Below, in pieces: positions 9,046-17,748 of a stretch of 64,000 bases of DNA (positions are counted from its first letter, which is position 1; every line of letters begins with the position of its first letter). The notes beneath the pieces are model-generated. The model was not told the origin of the DNA. It was given only the letters and a program-made list of their open reading frames with translations, and ran no database searches. The stretch spans positions 12,511-76,510 of the IMG/VR virus record IMGVR_UViG_3300015375_001377; one strand, 5' to 3'. Source of the DNA: a virus (lineage: Duplodnaviria > Caudoviricetes). The position numbers and the translations under genes are program-made.

Positions 9046-9921
9046 TTATTTTTGGAATATGTAGTGGCCTGTGCTTGATGCCTTACCAGCTACTTTCTGG
9101 CTACCCTTTGATTGTAGCTTAGCACCAGCAGATGTGGGTAGATCTTTACCTTTACCATCTACCTCACCTTTTACCTTACCATCACCTTCACCTTTAGCAA
9201 CTAAGGAATTTGTAGTATCGCCTACTTTATTATCCTTCTTTTGCAAAGATTCACCAGCTGAAGTTTTTAACTCAGTCATCTCTGTAGCCTCACCAGCTAC
9301 AGCAGCAATTTCTTCGTTCTGCTCTGGCTTGGCTTCTTCAGCCTTATCCTCACCACCCAGATCCCCTTCACCACCTAGATCTTCCTCACCGTGATCTTCA
9401 CTACTTAAAACCTCACCTAGAGCATCATGAAGCTTTTGAGCGAGCTCACGAGGAAGAGAAAATGATACTTCTTCTTCACCACCTTCTTGTTCATCACCAG
9501 CATGCTCTTCTGAACCTGGTGCTGCACCAAGGGTTAGGGCGTCTTGTTCGTCAGATGGAACTGCACCCATTACATCTTCAAATAGTTTATCAAAAATACT
9601 TTTGCTCATAAAATTATTTATATTATCTGATTCACTTTTTTCTACATTTTCTTTAAAATTTTGTGCAGATAGTTTTTCAGAGCCTTGAAATGTTTCTTTG
9701 TTTTTATCATGTTTTGGATCTGATTTAGCCTTTACATTAGCGCCACTAGCATTCTCAGGACCTGTTTTCTTTTGATCTACAAATGACTGTTTCTTTGTAG
9801 ATGATTCTTTTTTGGAAACAACTTCAAATGAACCCTTAGCAAACTTAGAATCACTCTTTTCAGTTATAACTTGATTAACATAAATATCTTCAATACCTTT
9901 CATTTGACGTGTTAGATTCAT
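9046..9921 (-). CDS. acidic/low-complexity late protein, possible prohead core/scaffold or internal head protein
   Basis: 291 aa, E/K/G-rich, own late promoter and strong terminator; TSAG..LQ.K repeated twice; contains a nested in-frame start at 9609. Confidence 0.7.
   Translation of the reverse strand: MNLTRQMKGIEDIYVNQVITEKSDSKFAKGSFEVVSKKESSTKKQSFVDQKKTGPENASGANVKAKSDPKHDKNKETFQGSEKLSAQNFKENVEKSESDNINNFMSKSIFDKLFEDVMGAVPSDEQDALTLGAAPGSEEHAGDEQEGGEEEVSFSLPRELAQKLHDALGEVLSSEDHGEEDLGGEGDLGGEDKAEEAKPEQNEEIAAVAGEATEMTELKTSAGESLQKKDNKVGDTTNSLVAKGEGDGKVKGEVDGKGKDLPTSAGAKLQSKGSQKVAGKASSTGHYIFQK
9615..9620 (-). promoter_or_regulatory. intragenic late promoter TAAATA
   Basis: 5 nt before the in-frame ATG 9609 inside 9046..9921. 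Confidence 0.5.
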
Positions 9922-9942
9922 TAGATAAGTATTTATGTAATA

Positions 9943-11655
9943 ATGAGTAAAGATACAGAAAATAAATTTTATCTAGGTAATAAAAACCTACCTTCCCCAG
10001 AGACCACATTTAATTATGCAGATCATCCTGAATGGGTTGCAGATCTAGTAAAATGCAAAAAAAACATACTTTATTTTGCAGAAAACTTTTTTTATATTGT
10101 TAATCTTGAAAGAGGTAGAGAAAAAATCAAATTACATAATTACCAAAAGAGAATATTACGTTCATTGAGAGATAATAGATTTGTTGTATTTCTCTCTTCA
10201 AGACAATCAGGCAAAACCACATTAATGACAATATATGCATTATGGATAGCTAGCTTTTTTGAAGACCAACGCATTTTAATTGTCGCAAATAAAGAGCAAA
10301 CTGCTATTAATATTTTTAAGAGAGTTCGTTTAGCTTATGAACAACTACCTAATTACCTAAAGCCAGGAACCGTAGAATACGGTAAAACATCTATGTCATT
10401 AGCAAACGGGTCATCCATTGGCATATCAACCACTTCTTCCGATGCCGGTAGAGGTGAATCTGTTAATGTTGTTATTCTTGATGAGTTAGCTTTTATTGAT
10501 AATCATTTGGTAGATGAATTTTGGAAATCAGTTTATCCTATTATTTCATCTTCTAAAAAATCTAAAATATTTGTTGCTTCAACTCCAAACGGAACAGGTA
10601 ATCTTTTCCATGAATTATATTCTGGTGCTATGGAGAAAAAGAATGGCTGGCATCCAGAGCGTGTTGATTGGTGGGAGGTCCCTGGTCGTGATGAAGAGTG
10701 GAAAGAAAAAACTATTAGAACTCTTGGAAGCACAGATGCATTTGATCAAGAATTTGGAAATGTATTTCTTCAAACTGGTGAGAGTGTAGTAAATGAAAAA
10801 TTATTTGAAGATCTTAAACAAGAAGTTAGGGAACCATTGTTTGTTTATGAAGATGGTAGCTACCTATTATTCGACACCTACAAACCAGATCATATTTATG
10901 TTGCAGGGGTTGACGTTTCTGAAGGCGTCGGAGAGGCATCTAGTGTTGTTCAAATTCTTGATATTACAAATTTAAGATCAATTGAGCAAGTAGCTATATT
11001 TTGTAATAATAACATATCACCCTATAATTTTACTTCTAAGTTACGCGACATTCTCCAGCACTGGGGCTCTCCTTTAGCTCTTATAGAAAGAAATAATTGT
11101 GGTGCTCAAGTTGTAGACCAACTTAAAAATTCTTTAAACTATGATAATATAGTCTCTTATGGTATCAAAGGCACTGCACCGCGAATCGGGGTTCAAGCTC
11201 ATACTAATACAAAATACAAAGGTGTAATGAATATGAGATACTGGCTAAATGAATTAAAGTGTGTAAGAATTCATGATTTAAGAACTTTAAACGAATTAAA
11301 AAACTTTGTACGTTATCCAAACGGTACGTGGGCAGCTAAACCAGGAGCTGACAATTGGGATGACAGGGTTATGTCATTAGTATGGGCTTTAGTAATTCTT
11401 GAAAACGAATTGTGTGAAAAATATTTTGAAGTAGCGGAATATGATGATAATAAAAAACCATTAAAGGTCAAAGAACTGGATTATGGCATTAAATATTATG
11501 TGAACCCTAACAGCATTTATTCTAATGAAAGAGACAAAAATGAAGCAAACCCATTACCTATTTTACTCCCAGGTGGAGAAAGCTTTAACGAGGAAATTCA
11601 AGATCTTGAAACGCAAGGATGGAGATTTTTAAATGGCAAACCTAGTCACCTATAA
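9943..11655 (+). CDS. gp17: terminase large subunit
   Basis: Q-motif HNYQ, Walker A SRQSGKT, Walker B VVILDE, STPNG, QEF, nuclease GVDVSEG and DDRVMSL. Confidence 0.95.
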   Translation: MSKDTENKFYLGNKNLPSPETTFNYADHPEWVADLVKCKKNILYFAENFFYIVNLERGREKIKLHNYQKRILRSLRDNRFVVFLSSRQSGKTTLMTIYALWIASFFEDQRILIVANKEQTAINIFKRVRLAYEQLPNYLKPGTVEYGKTSMSLANGSSIGISTTSSDAGRGESVNVVILDELAFIDNHLVDEFWKSVYPIISSSKKSKIFVASTPNGTGNLFHELYSGAMEKKNGWHPERVDWWEVPGRDEEWKEKTIRTLGSTDAFDQEFGNVFLQTGESVVNEKLFEDLKQEVREPLFVYEDGSYLLFDTYKPDHIYVAGVDVSEGVGEASSVVQILDITNLRSIEQVAIFCNNNISPYNFTSKLRDILQHWGSPLALIERNNCGAQVVDQLKNSLNYDNIVSYGIKGTAPRIGVQAHTNTKYKGVMNMRYWLNELKCVRIHDLRTLNELKNFVRYPNGTWAAKPGADNWDDRVMSLVWALVILENELCEKYFEVAEYDDNKKPLKVKELDYGIKYYVNPNSIYSNERDKNEANPLPILLPGGESFNEEIQDLETQGWRFLNGKPSHL

Positions 11656-12262
11656 TCAAAGCCCTTTTAATAAATCACGTAAAGATAAATTTTTACTAGT
11701 TTTAAATTTACCTGATGCTTTAAAAACAATTACAAAGGACGTAGTAAGATCTAATACTGGAATAGTAAAAAATTCTTTAGAGTTCAGTGTTTATGGAGCT
11801 GTAGTTCCTAAAATAGTTATACCAGAAGTTAATTTGAGATACAATGGGCAGAACTTGGCGGTATCAAGTAAAACAAGACCACCTTACGACCCCGTAACAG
11901 TTAATTTTACAGTAGATAATAGATTTAACAATTACTGGACAATTTATCAATGGCTAAATCTTATTAATAACGATCAAACTGGTATATATGATCCAGAAAA
12001 TCTTACTCTAGATAGTACAACTCAAAGAGCTTTAAATTTATCTGACATAGGTTCAAATTTAGAGTATACTGCAAATATATCTTTATTTGCTTTAGATGAA
12101 TATGACAAGAGAGTCGCTGAGTTTTTATACACTAAAGCTTTTCCTACAGGTCTAGGCAATATAGATTACAACTATAGAGATGCTGATGAAGTAGAAACAT
12201 ACTTCACCTTCTCATTTTCACAGCTTATAATGAAATTAGTAGAAAATGTAGATACTTTATAA
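11633..12262 (+). CDS. gp3: tail tube terminator / tail completion protein (gp3-like)
   Basis: YDPVTVNFTVDNRFNNYWTIYQWL resembles T4 gp3 YDPLIVRFIVDEELKSWIGMYEWM; AFPTGLG.IDY. Confidence 0.7.
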   Translation: MANLVTYNQSPFNKSRKDKFLLVLNLPDALKTITKDVVRSNTGIVKNSLEFSVYGAVVPKIVIPEVNLRYNGQNLAVSSKTRPPYDPVTVNFTVDNRFNNYWTIYQWLNLINNDQTGIYDPENLTLDSTTQRALNLSDIGSNLEYTANISLFALDEYDKRVAEFLYTKAFPTGLGNIDYNYRDADEVETYFTFSFSQLIMKLVENVDTL

Positions 12263-12294
12263 AAAAAAATTTAAAACTTTAGTTCGAAAATAAA

Positions 12295-12300
12295 TAAATA
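12295..12300 (+). promoter_or_regulatory. T4 gp55-type late promoter TAAATA (sheath)
   Basis: 6 nt before ATG 12307. Confidence 0.65.
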
Positions 12301-12306
12301 CTTTAT

Positions 12307-14583
12307 ATGGCATTACAAAGTCCCGGTGTACAAGTTAGTGAGGTAGATCTTTCTTTAAGAGCAACAGGAACAGGTGTAACAACAGTACTTATACCTGGTT
12401 TTGCTACTAAGGGACCAGTTGCAGAGCCTATACAAGTTTCAACACTTTCAGAATTTGAACAAATATATGGCCAGCCTACTAATGCTGCTGAAAGATATTT
12501 TTATCATTCCGTTAAAGCAGTATTTTCAAGTCCAGCTGATGTCTTAACATATAGGCTACCTTATGGTGAAGGTTCTGGCGTAGGAACAACTACAAATTAC
12601 AGTGCATTAGTTTATCCTGTTAAAGCATATGCTGATGGCGCTATTACAAGTCTCTTAACATCTACTACTGCATCATATTTCTTTGGTAAACCTACCCATG
12701 TAAAGTTAACAGAAGATGAATACCTAAGTATTAAACGCGGTGATGGATTTACATGGGCTAATAACTCATTAGGCTTATCTTCATTTGATAGTGTTCCAAG
12801 CTTAGGCAATGCAGGTCTAATTATTTTAAATAAATCACAATCTTCTGTTAATAGTAGATTTGAAGGATATTATATTGGTGCTCTAGACAATACTAACTTA
12901 AACCCCGCTACAGAGTATGATGATATACAAAAAGTATATTCTGTAAACTCATCCGATACATACATAACAGACTTTATTGATCTACCTCAAGCAAGACTAG
13001 ACTTCCCTCTATCAGCTACTAATGTTGGCCCAGGTGGAAGTGTATCACAAGCACTAGAAGGCGCACCTACATTTGATATTTACAATCATGATTACGACGA
13101 CACAGTAGTACTTGGTGTCTTTAAATTAAGACAGTCCGTTTTTTCACCCGATACAATTTCACTAGGATATGTTCTTGAAGAGAAATATGTCGCTTCATTA
13201 GATGCCAACAGACAAATTAATTCAGAAAACGGTGGTACACCTTTAAGCTTTTTCTTAGAAAACCGTACATCAGATTCTGCACAAATTGAAGTTTTAGTAA
13301 ACCCATATATTTCAAATAAAAATTCTAGCTCATGGTTAGATATAAACGGTGTACCAAAGAAAAAAGTTCGCTTCCTAGGTACGAGATTGCTAACACCTCT
13401 CGCTGGTGAAACTAATTCAGAGTATCTTACACGTGTTGGTGCACCTCAAGTAACAGTAGCTACACTTGCATCACAAATTGGTGAAGTAGATTCATTGTTT
13501 GCATTAGGTGACTATTCTAATCAGGATCTTAATACTAAGAAAATTGGCAATGTACCTGCTAAGTTAAGTGTTCTTTTTGATAAGACAGAGAATTACGATG
13601 TTTATCCTATTAATGTTGTAATAGAAGCTGGCTTAGGCACAGTATATGTTAATTCTTTAAATCCTGCAACATCAGGTTATTTCGATGACACTGCAGTCTA
13701 CAGTGCAATTGAATCTCTAACTGCACAAAACCCCGTATCCCTTCCTCAAGTAGCAACTGACTATCTTGCCGTTGCCAACACATTCATTAACTTCTCTGAG
13801 AATGCTAGAAAAGACAATATTTCTATATTAGACCCTATTACTAATATATTTGTAGAAAATAACGTTAAAACATTAGATGACCCTGCAAAAACATTTTCAG
13901 GCAATGTCTATTGGCCATTGCGCAATCAATTCTCAGGTATTAATACAAGTTATGCTTGTACTTTTGCCAATTGCGTAAAAGTAGCTGATTCTGCTAGCAA
14001 TCAACAAGTATGGGTTCCATTCTCCGGATTTGCTGCTGCTAACTTTGGAAAGACAGATACAAACTTCCAACCTTGGTTTGCACCTGCAGGATTTACTCGC
14101 GGTGTGGTTGGTGGTATTGTTGATCTTGGAATTTATCCTAAGCAAACACAAAGAGACAAGCTATATCAAATTGGATTAAATCCAATAGCATTTTTCCCTG
14201 CAGAAGGCTATGTAATCTTCGGTCAAAAGACACTACAAAAGAAGCCAAGCGCATTTGATAGAATTAATGTACGTAGATTATTCTTGAACCTAGAAACTGC
14301 AACGAGAGATACTGTAAAGTTTTTCGTGTTTGAGCCTAACACGCTCTTTACAAGAACACAGGTATTAAATACATTGACACCTATATTTGAAAATGCCAAG
14401 AACACCCAGGGGCTGTATGATTACCTGATCATATGTGATGAGCGTAATAATACACCTGCGATTATCGATGCTAATGAATTAGTAGTTGACGTTTATCTCA
14501 AACCTGTAAGAACTGCAGAATTTATTTTAGCTAACTTTTATGCTACAAGAACAGGAACTAACTTCCAGGAGATAGTATCATAA
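12307..14583 (+). CDS. gp18: contractile tail sheath protein
   Basis: SPGVQVSEVDL, PWFAPAGFTRG, RDKLY..GLNPI, FGQKTL, SAFDRINVRRLF, FEPN, DVYLKPVRTAEFI. Confidence 0.96.
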   Translation: MALQSPGVQVSEVDLSLRATGTGVTTVLIPGFATKGPVAEPIQVSTLSEFEQIYGQPTNAAERYFYHSVKAVFSSPADVLTYRLPYGEGSGVGTTTNYSALVYPVKAYADGAITSLLTSTTASYFFGKPTHVKLTEDEYLSIKRGDGFTWANNSLGLSSFDSVPSLGNAGLIILNKSQSSVNSRFEGYYIGALDNTNLNPATEYDDIQKVYSVNSSDTYITDFIDLPQARLDFPLSATNVGPGGSVSQALEGAPTFDIYNHDYDDTVVLGVFKLRQSVFSPDTISLGYVLEEKYVASLDANRQINSENGGTPLSFFLENRTSDSAQIEVLVNPYISNKNSSSWLDINGVPKKKVRFLGTRLLTPLAGETNSEYLTRVGAPQVTVATLASQIGEVDSLFALGDYSNQDLNTKKIGNVPAKLSVLFDKTENYDVYPINVVIEAGLGTVYVNSLNPATSGYFDDTAVYSAIESLTAQNPVSLPQVATDYLAVANTFINFSENARKDNISILDPITNIFVENNVKTLDDPAKTFSGNVYWPLRNQFSGINTSYACTFANCVKVADSASNQQVWVPFSGFAAANFGKTDTNFQPWFAPAGFTRGVVGGIVDLGIYPKQTQRDKLYQIGLNPIAFFPAEGYVIFGQKTLQKKPSAFDRINVRRLFLNLETATRDTVKFFVFEPNTLFTRTQVLNTLTPIFENAKNTQGLYDYLIICDERNNTPAIIDANELVVDVYLKPVRTAEFILANFYATRTGTNFQEIVS

Positions 14584-14587
14584 TAAC

Positions 14588-14593
14588 TAAATA
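14588..14593 (+). promoter_or_regulatory. late promoter TAAATA (tube)
   Basis: 5 nt before ATG 14599. Confidence 0.65.
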
Positions 14594-14598
14594 ATTTT

Positions 14599-15147
14599 AT
14601 GGCAGATGTAAACCAAACAATTCAAGACTTCTACAGAGCAGCTACTAATCGCGAATTCGCACGCGATTATAATTTTAGATTACTAAACATTAGTACTGGT
14701 GGTGTAAGTAACATTACTTTTGATAACAATGATTTAGTTTATGTAAAAACAGCAACACTACCTGCTAGAGAGATTGCAAATATTCCCGTACCTTACATGG
14801 GGTTAAATTTTAATATTCCAGGTAATGCTTCATATCCAGATAGTGCTAATTATCAGCTAACATTTTATTGTGATGCAAAATCTCAAATTCGTCAGAAGTT
14901 TGAACAATGGTCTTTAGATATCTTTAATGATGCAAATTCTACAGGTAATTATTTTTCTCCAAAACAAACTGCGGTAATAGATTTAGTACAGCTAGATAAT
15001 CAATTAAACAAAACAGCTCAATATCAACTTGTAGGTGTTTCTATAAGAAGTGTTGGCCCTCTTAATTACAATATTGCTGCTGGTACAGGTGAAACAGTGG
15101 AATTTACAGTAGGCGTTTCTTATCACTACTGGCGTAAAATAAGTTAA
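14599..15147 (+). CDS. gp19: tail tube protein
   Basis: 182 aa after the sheath; KTATLPA..I..IPVPYMG..FNIPG, FEQWS, QLD, EF.V.VSYHYW. Confidence 0.85.
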   Translation: MADVNQTIQDFYRAATNREFARDYNFRLLNISTGGVSNITFDNNDLVYVKTATLPAREIANIPVPYMGLNFNIPGNASYPDSANYQLTFYCDAKSQIRQKFEQWSLDIFNDANSTGNYFSPKQTAVIDLVQLDNQLNKTAQYQLVGVSIRSVGPLNYNIAAGTGETVEFTVGVSYHYWRKIS

Positions 15148-15174
15148 TAACAAGTTCAGACCTTAAATAATTAG

Positions 15175-16083
15175 GTGAACAACCCGTTTACCTCTGCCCT
15201 AGGTAGTGTAGGGCAAAATTTTAATGGCTTAATAACAGGAACTAATCCTTTATTTGCTCCTCAAGCAGCTAGTTTATTTGGCTTTAATATACCTGCAGTT
15301 CCTATAATTAGTGTACGTGACTATTTTCTAGTTCAGATGGAGTCTTGGTTTACAGCTATACCACCTTCAACTCAATGGATTGTTGTAATAGATAGATACC
15401 CTGTTGGTTTAAATACAAGAATTCTACAATCTTTAGAAAGAACTGATGGCAGTAAGAAAGGATGGGACGTAAGTGTAGCTAAAACAATCTTAACAAGTTA
15501 CCCGCTTCAAAAAGTAATAGGGTGTTTGTTTGCAACAGCTGCAACAATACCACCAGAAGAATATACCCCTGAATCCGCCTCAGTACAAAATAATAGAGGG
15601 TTTGTTCCTGGAATATTAGGAGGCGCAAGAGACTCTTCAGCACCAACTTTAAATATTGATTTTAGAGAAACAAATACTTCTTTCGTTGATTTTGTAATTA
15701 AACCTTGGACCATTTTAGCAGCACACTATGGAATGGTTGCTAGACCAAACGATAAAGGGTCCAAAAGAGATAGAAAAAATGTAAAGTGTAACATGACACT
15801 TTTACAATATTCAAGAACCTTAAACAGCATTTCAATGATACCTAGAAAAGTATATAATTTTTACAATTGTGTTCCTTATTCTGTAAATGCCTATAATTTA
15901 GAGCACACAGATGACAGCTTACAATCAGTTAATACAAGATGGACTTATTCACATTATACTATTGAAAGTGCATTATATCTGCCTGTTCAAGATATAGTTA
16001 ACAGAATATCTAATGGATCAATTCCAAGAATTACATCTTTTCAAAACGGTATAGGCTCTATCAATCCACTTGGTTTTATATAA
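15175..16083 (+). CDS. baseplate tail-tube initiator (gp54-like, tube-fold protein)
   Basis: Tube-protein-like C-terminal half (IDFRET, MTLLQY, YNFYNCVPYSV); follows gp19. Confidence 0.5.
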   Translation: MNNPFTSALGSVGQNFNGLITGTNPLFAPQAASLFGFNIPAVPIISVRDYFLVQMESWFTAIPPSTQWIVVIDRYPVGLNTRILQSLERTDGSKKGWDVSVAKTILTSYPLQKVIGCLFATAATIPPEEYTPESASVQNNRGFVPGILGGARDSSAPTLNIDFRETNTSFVDFVIKPWTILAAHYGMVARPNDKGSKRDRKNVKCNMTLLQYSRTLNSISMIPRKVYNFYNCVPYSVNAYNLEHTDDSLQSVNTRWTYSHYTIESALYLPVQDIVNRISNGSIPRITSFQNGIGSINPLGFI

Positions 16084-16101
16084 TTTATTGTAAGTAATTT
16101 A

Positions 16102-16971
16102 GTGTTAACCTTTAAATACAAAGCTAATATAGAATATTCAAATAAAGAAATTCTTTTATCAGAATTAAAGTTTATTGATTTTAAAGCCCTTATAAAAATT
16201 TTATTTAGTAATGATAATTTTTTAATTTCTAATGCATTTGAAGAAATTTTAAAAAACCTAACGTTAGAAAAAAATTTAAATTTATTTGAAAAAATAATTT
16301 GTTTTTTTGTTATTAGAAGTTTGTGTGTTTCTGATATTATTGAACTAACTAGCGAGTGCCCTATCTCCAAAAAAGAATTTAATATAACTTTAAATTTAAA
16401 TTTAATTTTAAACAATTTTCAAAAATTTTTAAATGATAATATTAACACATTTAAAAAAGAAATTATTTACAATGAAAATTTTAAAATAACTTTAGGTATA
16501 CCTGATGATATTTTTATTTTATCTCAACACAATACAATTTATAAATTTATTAAGTCAGTTACCCTTAATAATGTTGAATATAGTAATCTAGAGCCTGATT
16601 CTATTGAAAAATTACCTGCAAATGTTTTAAATGATATTAAAAACTTTTTAAACGAAGTAGAAAAAACCTGTAATAGTTTTACTTTTATGAAGCTTATATC
16701 TCCATATACTGCTTTGACTAGTGCAGAAATACCTTTTTCAATTCTTCAAAATACGTTTTTAGACTTTTTAAAAATTATTTTTAAAAGAAATTTAATGGAA
16801 ATTTATGAATTAGAAACAGTTCTTTTGTCTAAAGTGAACTTATCTAGTAATGTTTTAAACAATTCAACTTTTGCAGAAAATTTAGTATATTTAAATATAT
16901 ATAAAAAGCATATGGAAGAAACTGCTAAACCAGCAGTTAAAGCTCAGTTGAATACTGGTAGCCCTGAATAA
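16102..16971 (+). CDS. baseplate hub assembly protein, gp26-like core fused to a gp51-like C-terminus
   Basis: IRSLCVSDIIELTSECP resembles gp26 LRAKSVGE.IE...CP; C-terminal NLMEIYELETVLLSKVNLSSNVLNNSTFAENLVYLNIYKKHMEE aligns without gaps to the cyanophage gp51 pattern. Confidence 0.55.
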   Translation: MLTFKYKANIEYSNKEILLSELKFIDFKALIKILFSNDNFLISNAFEEILKNLTLEKNLNLFEKIICFFVIRSLCVSDIIELTSECPISKKEFNITLNLNLILNNFQKFLNDNINTFKKEIIYNENFKITLGIPDDIFILSQHNTIYKFIKSVTLNNVEYSNLEPDSIEKLPANVLNDIKNFLNEVEKTCNSFTFMKLISPYTALTSAEIPFSILQNTFLDFLKIIFKRNLMEIYELETVLLSKVNLSSNVLNNSTFAENLVYLNIYKKHMEETAKPAVKAQLNTGSPE

Positions 16972-16980
16972 ATTATTAAA

Positions 16981-17727
16981 ATGCAGCCTAGCGACTTTCT
17001 AAAAAATTTAGAATCTGTAGTAGAGTCTAATTCTGTAGATATTTATGTGCCCAGCTATAAAATGTTTTATAAGTTTAAACCTCTTAATTTATCTCAACAA
17101 AAAACCCTGTTTAAAACATCTTTAGATGAATCTTTTACTAAATTGCTTTTTAATATAAATTTTTATAATATATTACTCACTAATGCACCTAGAGATCTCG
17201 ATATTAAAACCATTACTTCTTATGATAGGACAGCAATTGCAGTATCTTATAAAGCTAATAGTTTAAACGGTCTTTACAGTTATCAAAATAAAGAGGTTGA
17301 TTTAAAAAAACTTGTCAGTACATTTCCTGAAATAGACAACAAAACAGTTTTGCATACTAAAATAATAGAAGACAATACTCTTTCAGTAGAGGTTTTAATG
17401 CCCAGTCTGTTTGTTGATAATGATGTAAATGGCTATGCTCAGCTAAAATTAAAAAACAGCAAAGAATTACAAAATGTAATTACTGAGTTATATGTATTTG
17501 AAATTTCCAAGTACATTAAAAGTATAATTGTTAAGAAAAACGATGAAAAAATAGATTTTTATACAACATCTGTATCAGATAGAGTTAAAGCTACTGAATT
17601 GTTACCAGCTTCAATAACATCAGAAATACTTAATTTTATTAAGCCTTTAAGAGAATTTGAAAACAAATTTATTACTATTGATACTGATACAGTATTAGAT
17701 ATTGACGGAAGCTTCTTCGGCGTTTAA
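16981..17727 (+). CDS. baseplate hub assembly protein (gp26-like)
   Basis: VPSYKMFYKFKPLNLSQQKTL resembles the gp26 N-terminus LPSTGK.IKYRPFLVKEEKIL. Confidence 0.55.
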   Translation: MQPSDFLKNLESVVESNSVDIYVPSYKMFYKFKPLNLSQQKTLFKTSLDESFTKLLFNINFYNILLTNAPRDLDIKTITSYDRTAIAVSYKANSLNGLYSYQNKEVDLKKLVSTFPEIDNKTVLHTKIIEDNTLSVEVLMPSLFVDNDVNGYAQLKLKNSKELQNVITELYVFEISKYIKSIIVKKNDEKIDFYTTSVSDRVKATELLPASITSEILNFIKPLREFENKFITIDTDTVLDIDGSFFGV

Positions 17728-17734
17728 ATTTTGT

Positions 17735-17742
17735 TATAAATA
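17735..17742 (+). promoter_or_regulatory. late promoter TATAAATA (tape measure)
   Basis: Perfect T4 late consensus, 6 nt before ATG 17749. Confidence 0.7.
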
Positions 17743-17748
17743 TTGTTA

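Noticed and set aside
12260-12290. Terminator after gp3
   Set aside because: A-run without a convincing GC stem; better explained as spacer ahead of the sheath late promoter.
9943-14583. Intein, intron or homing endonuclease in terminase or sheath
   Set aside because: Lengths and motif spacing are normal; no LAGLIDADG, HNH or GIY-YIG motif and no intein C-terminal HN was seen.
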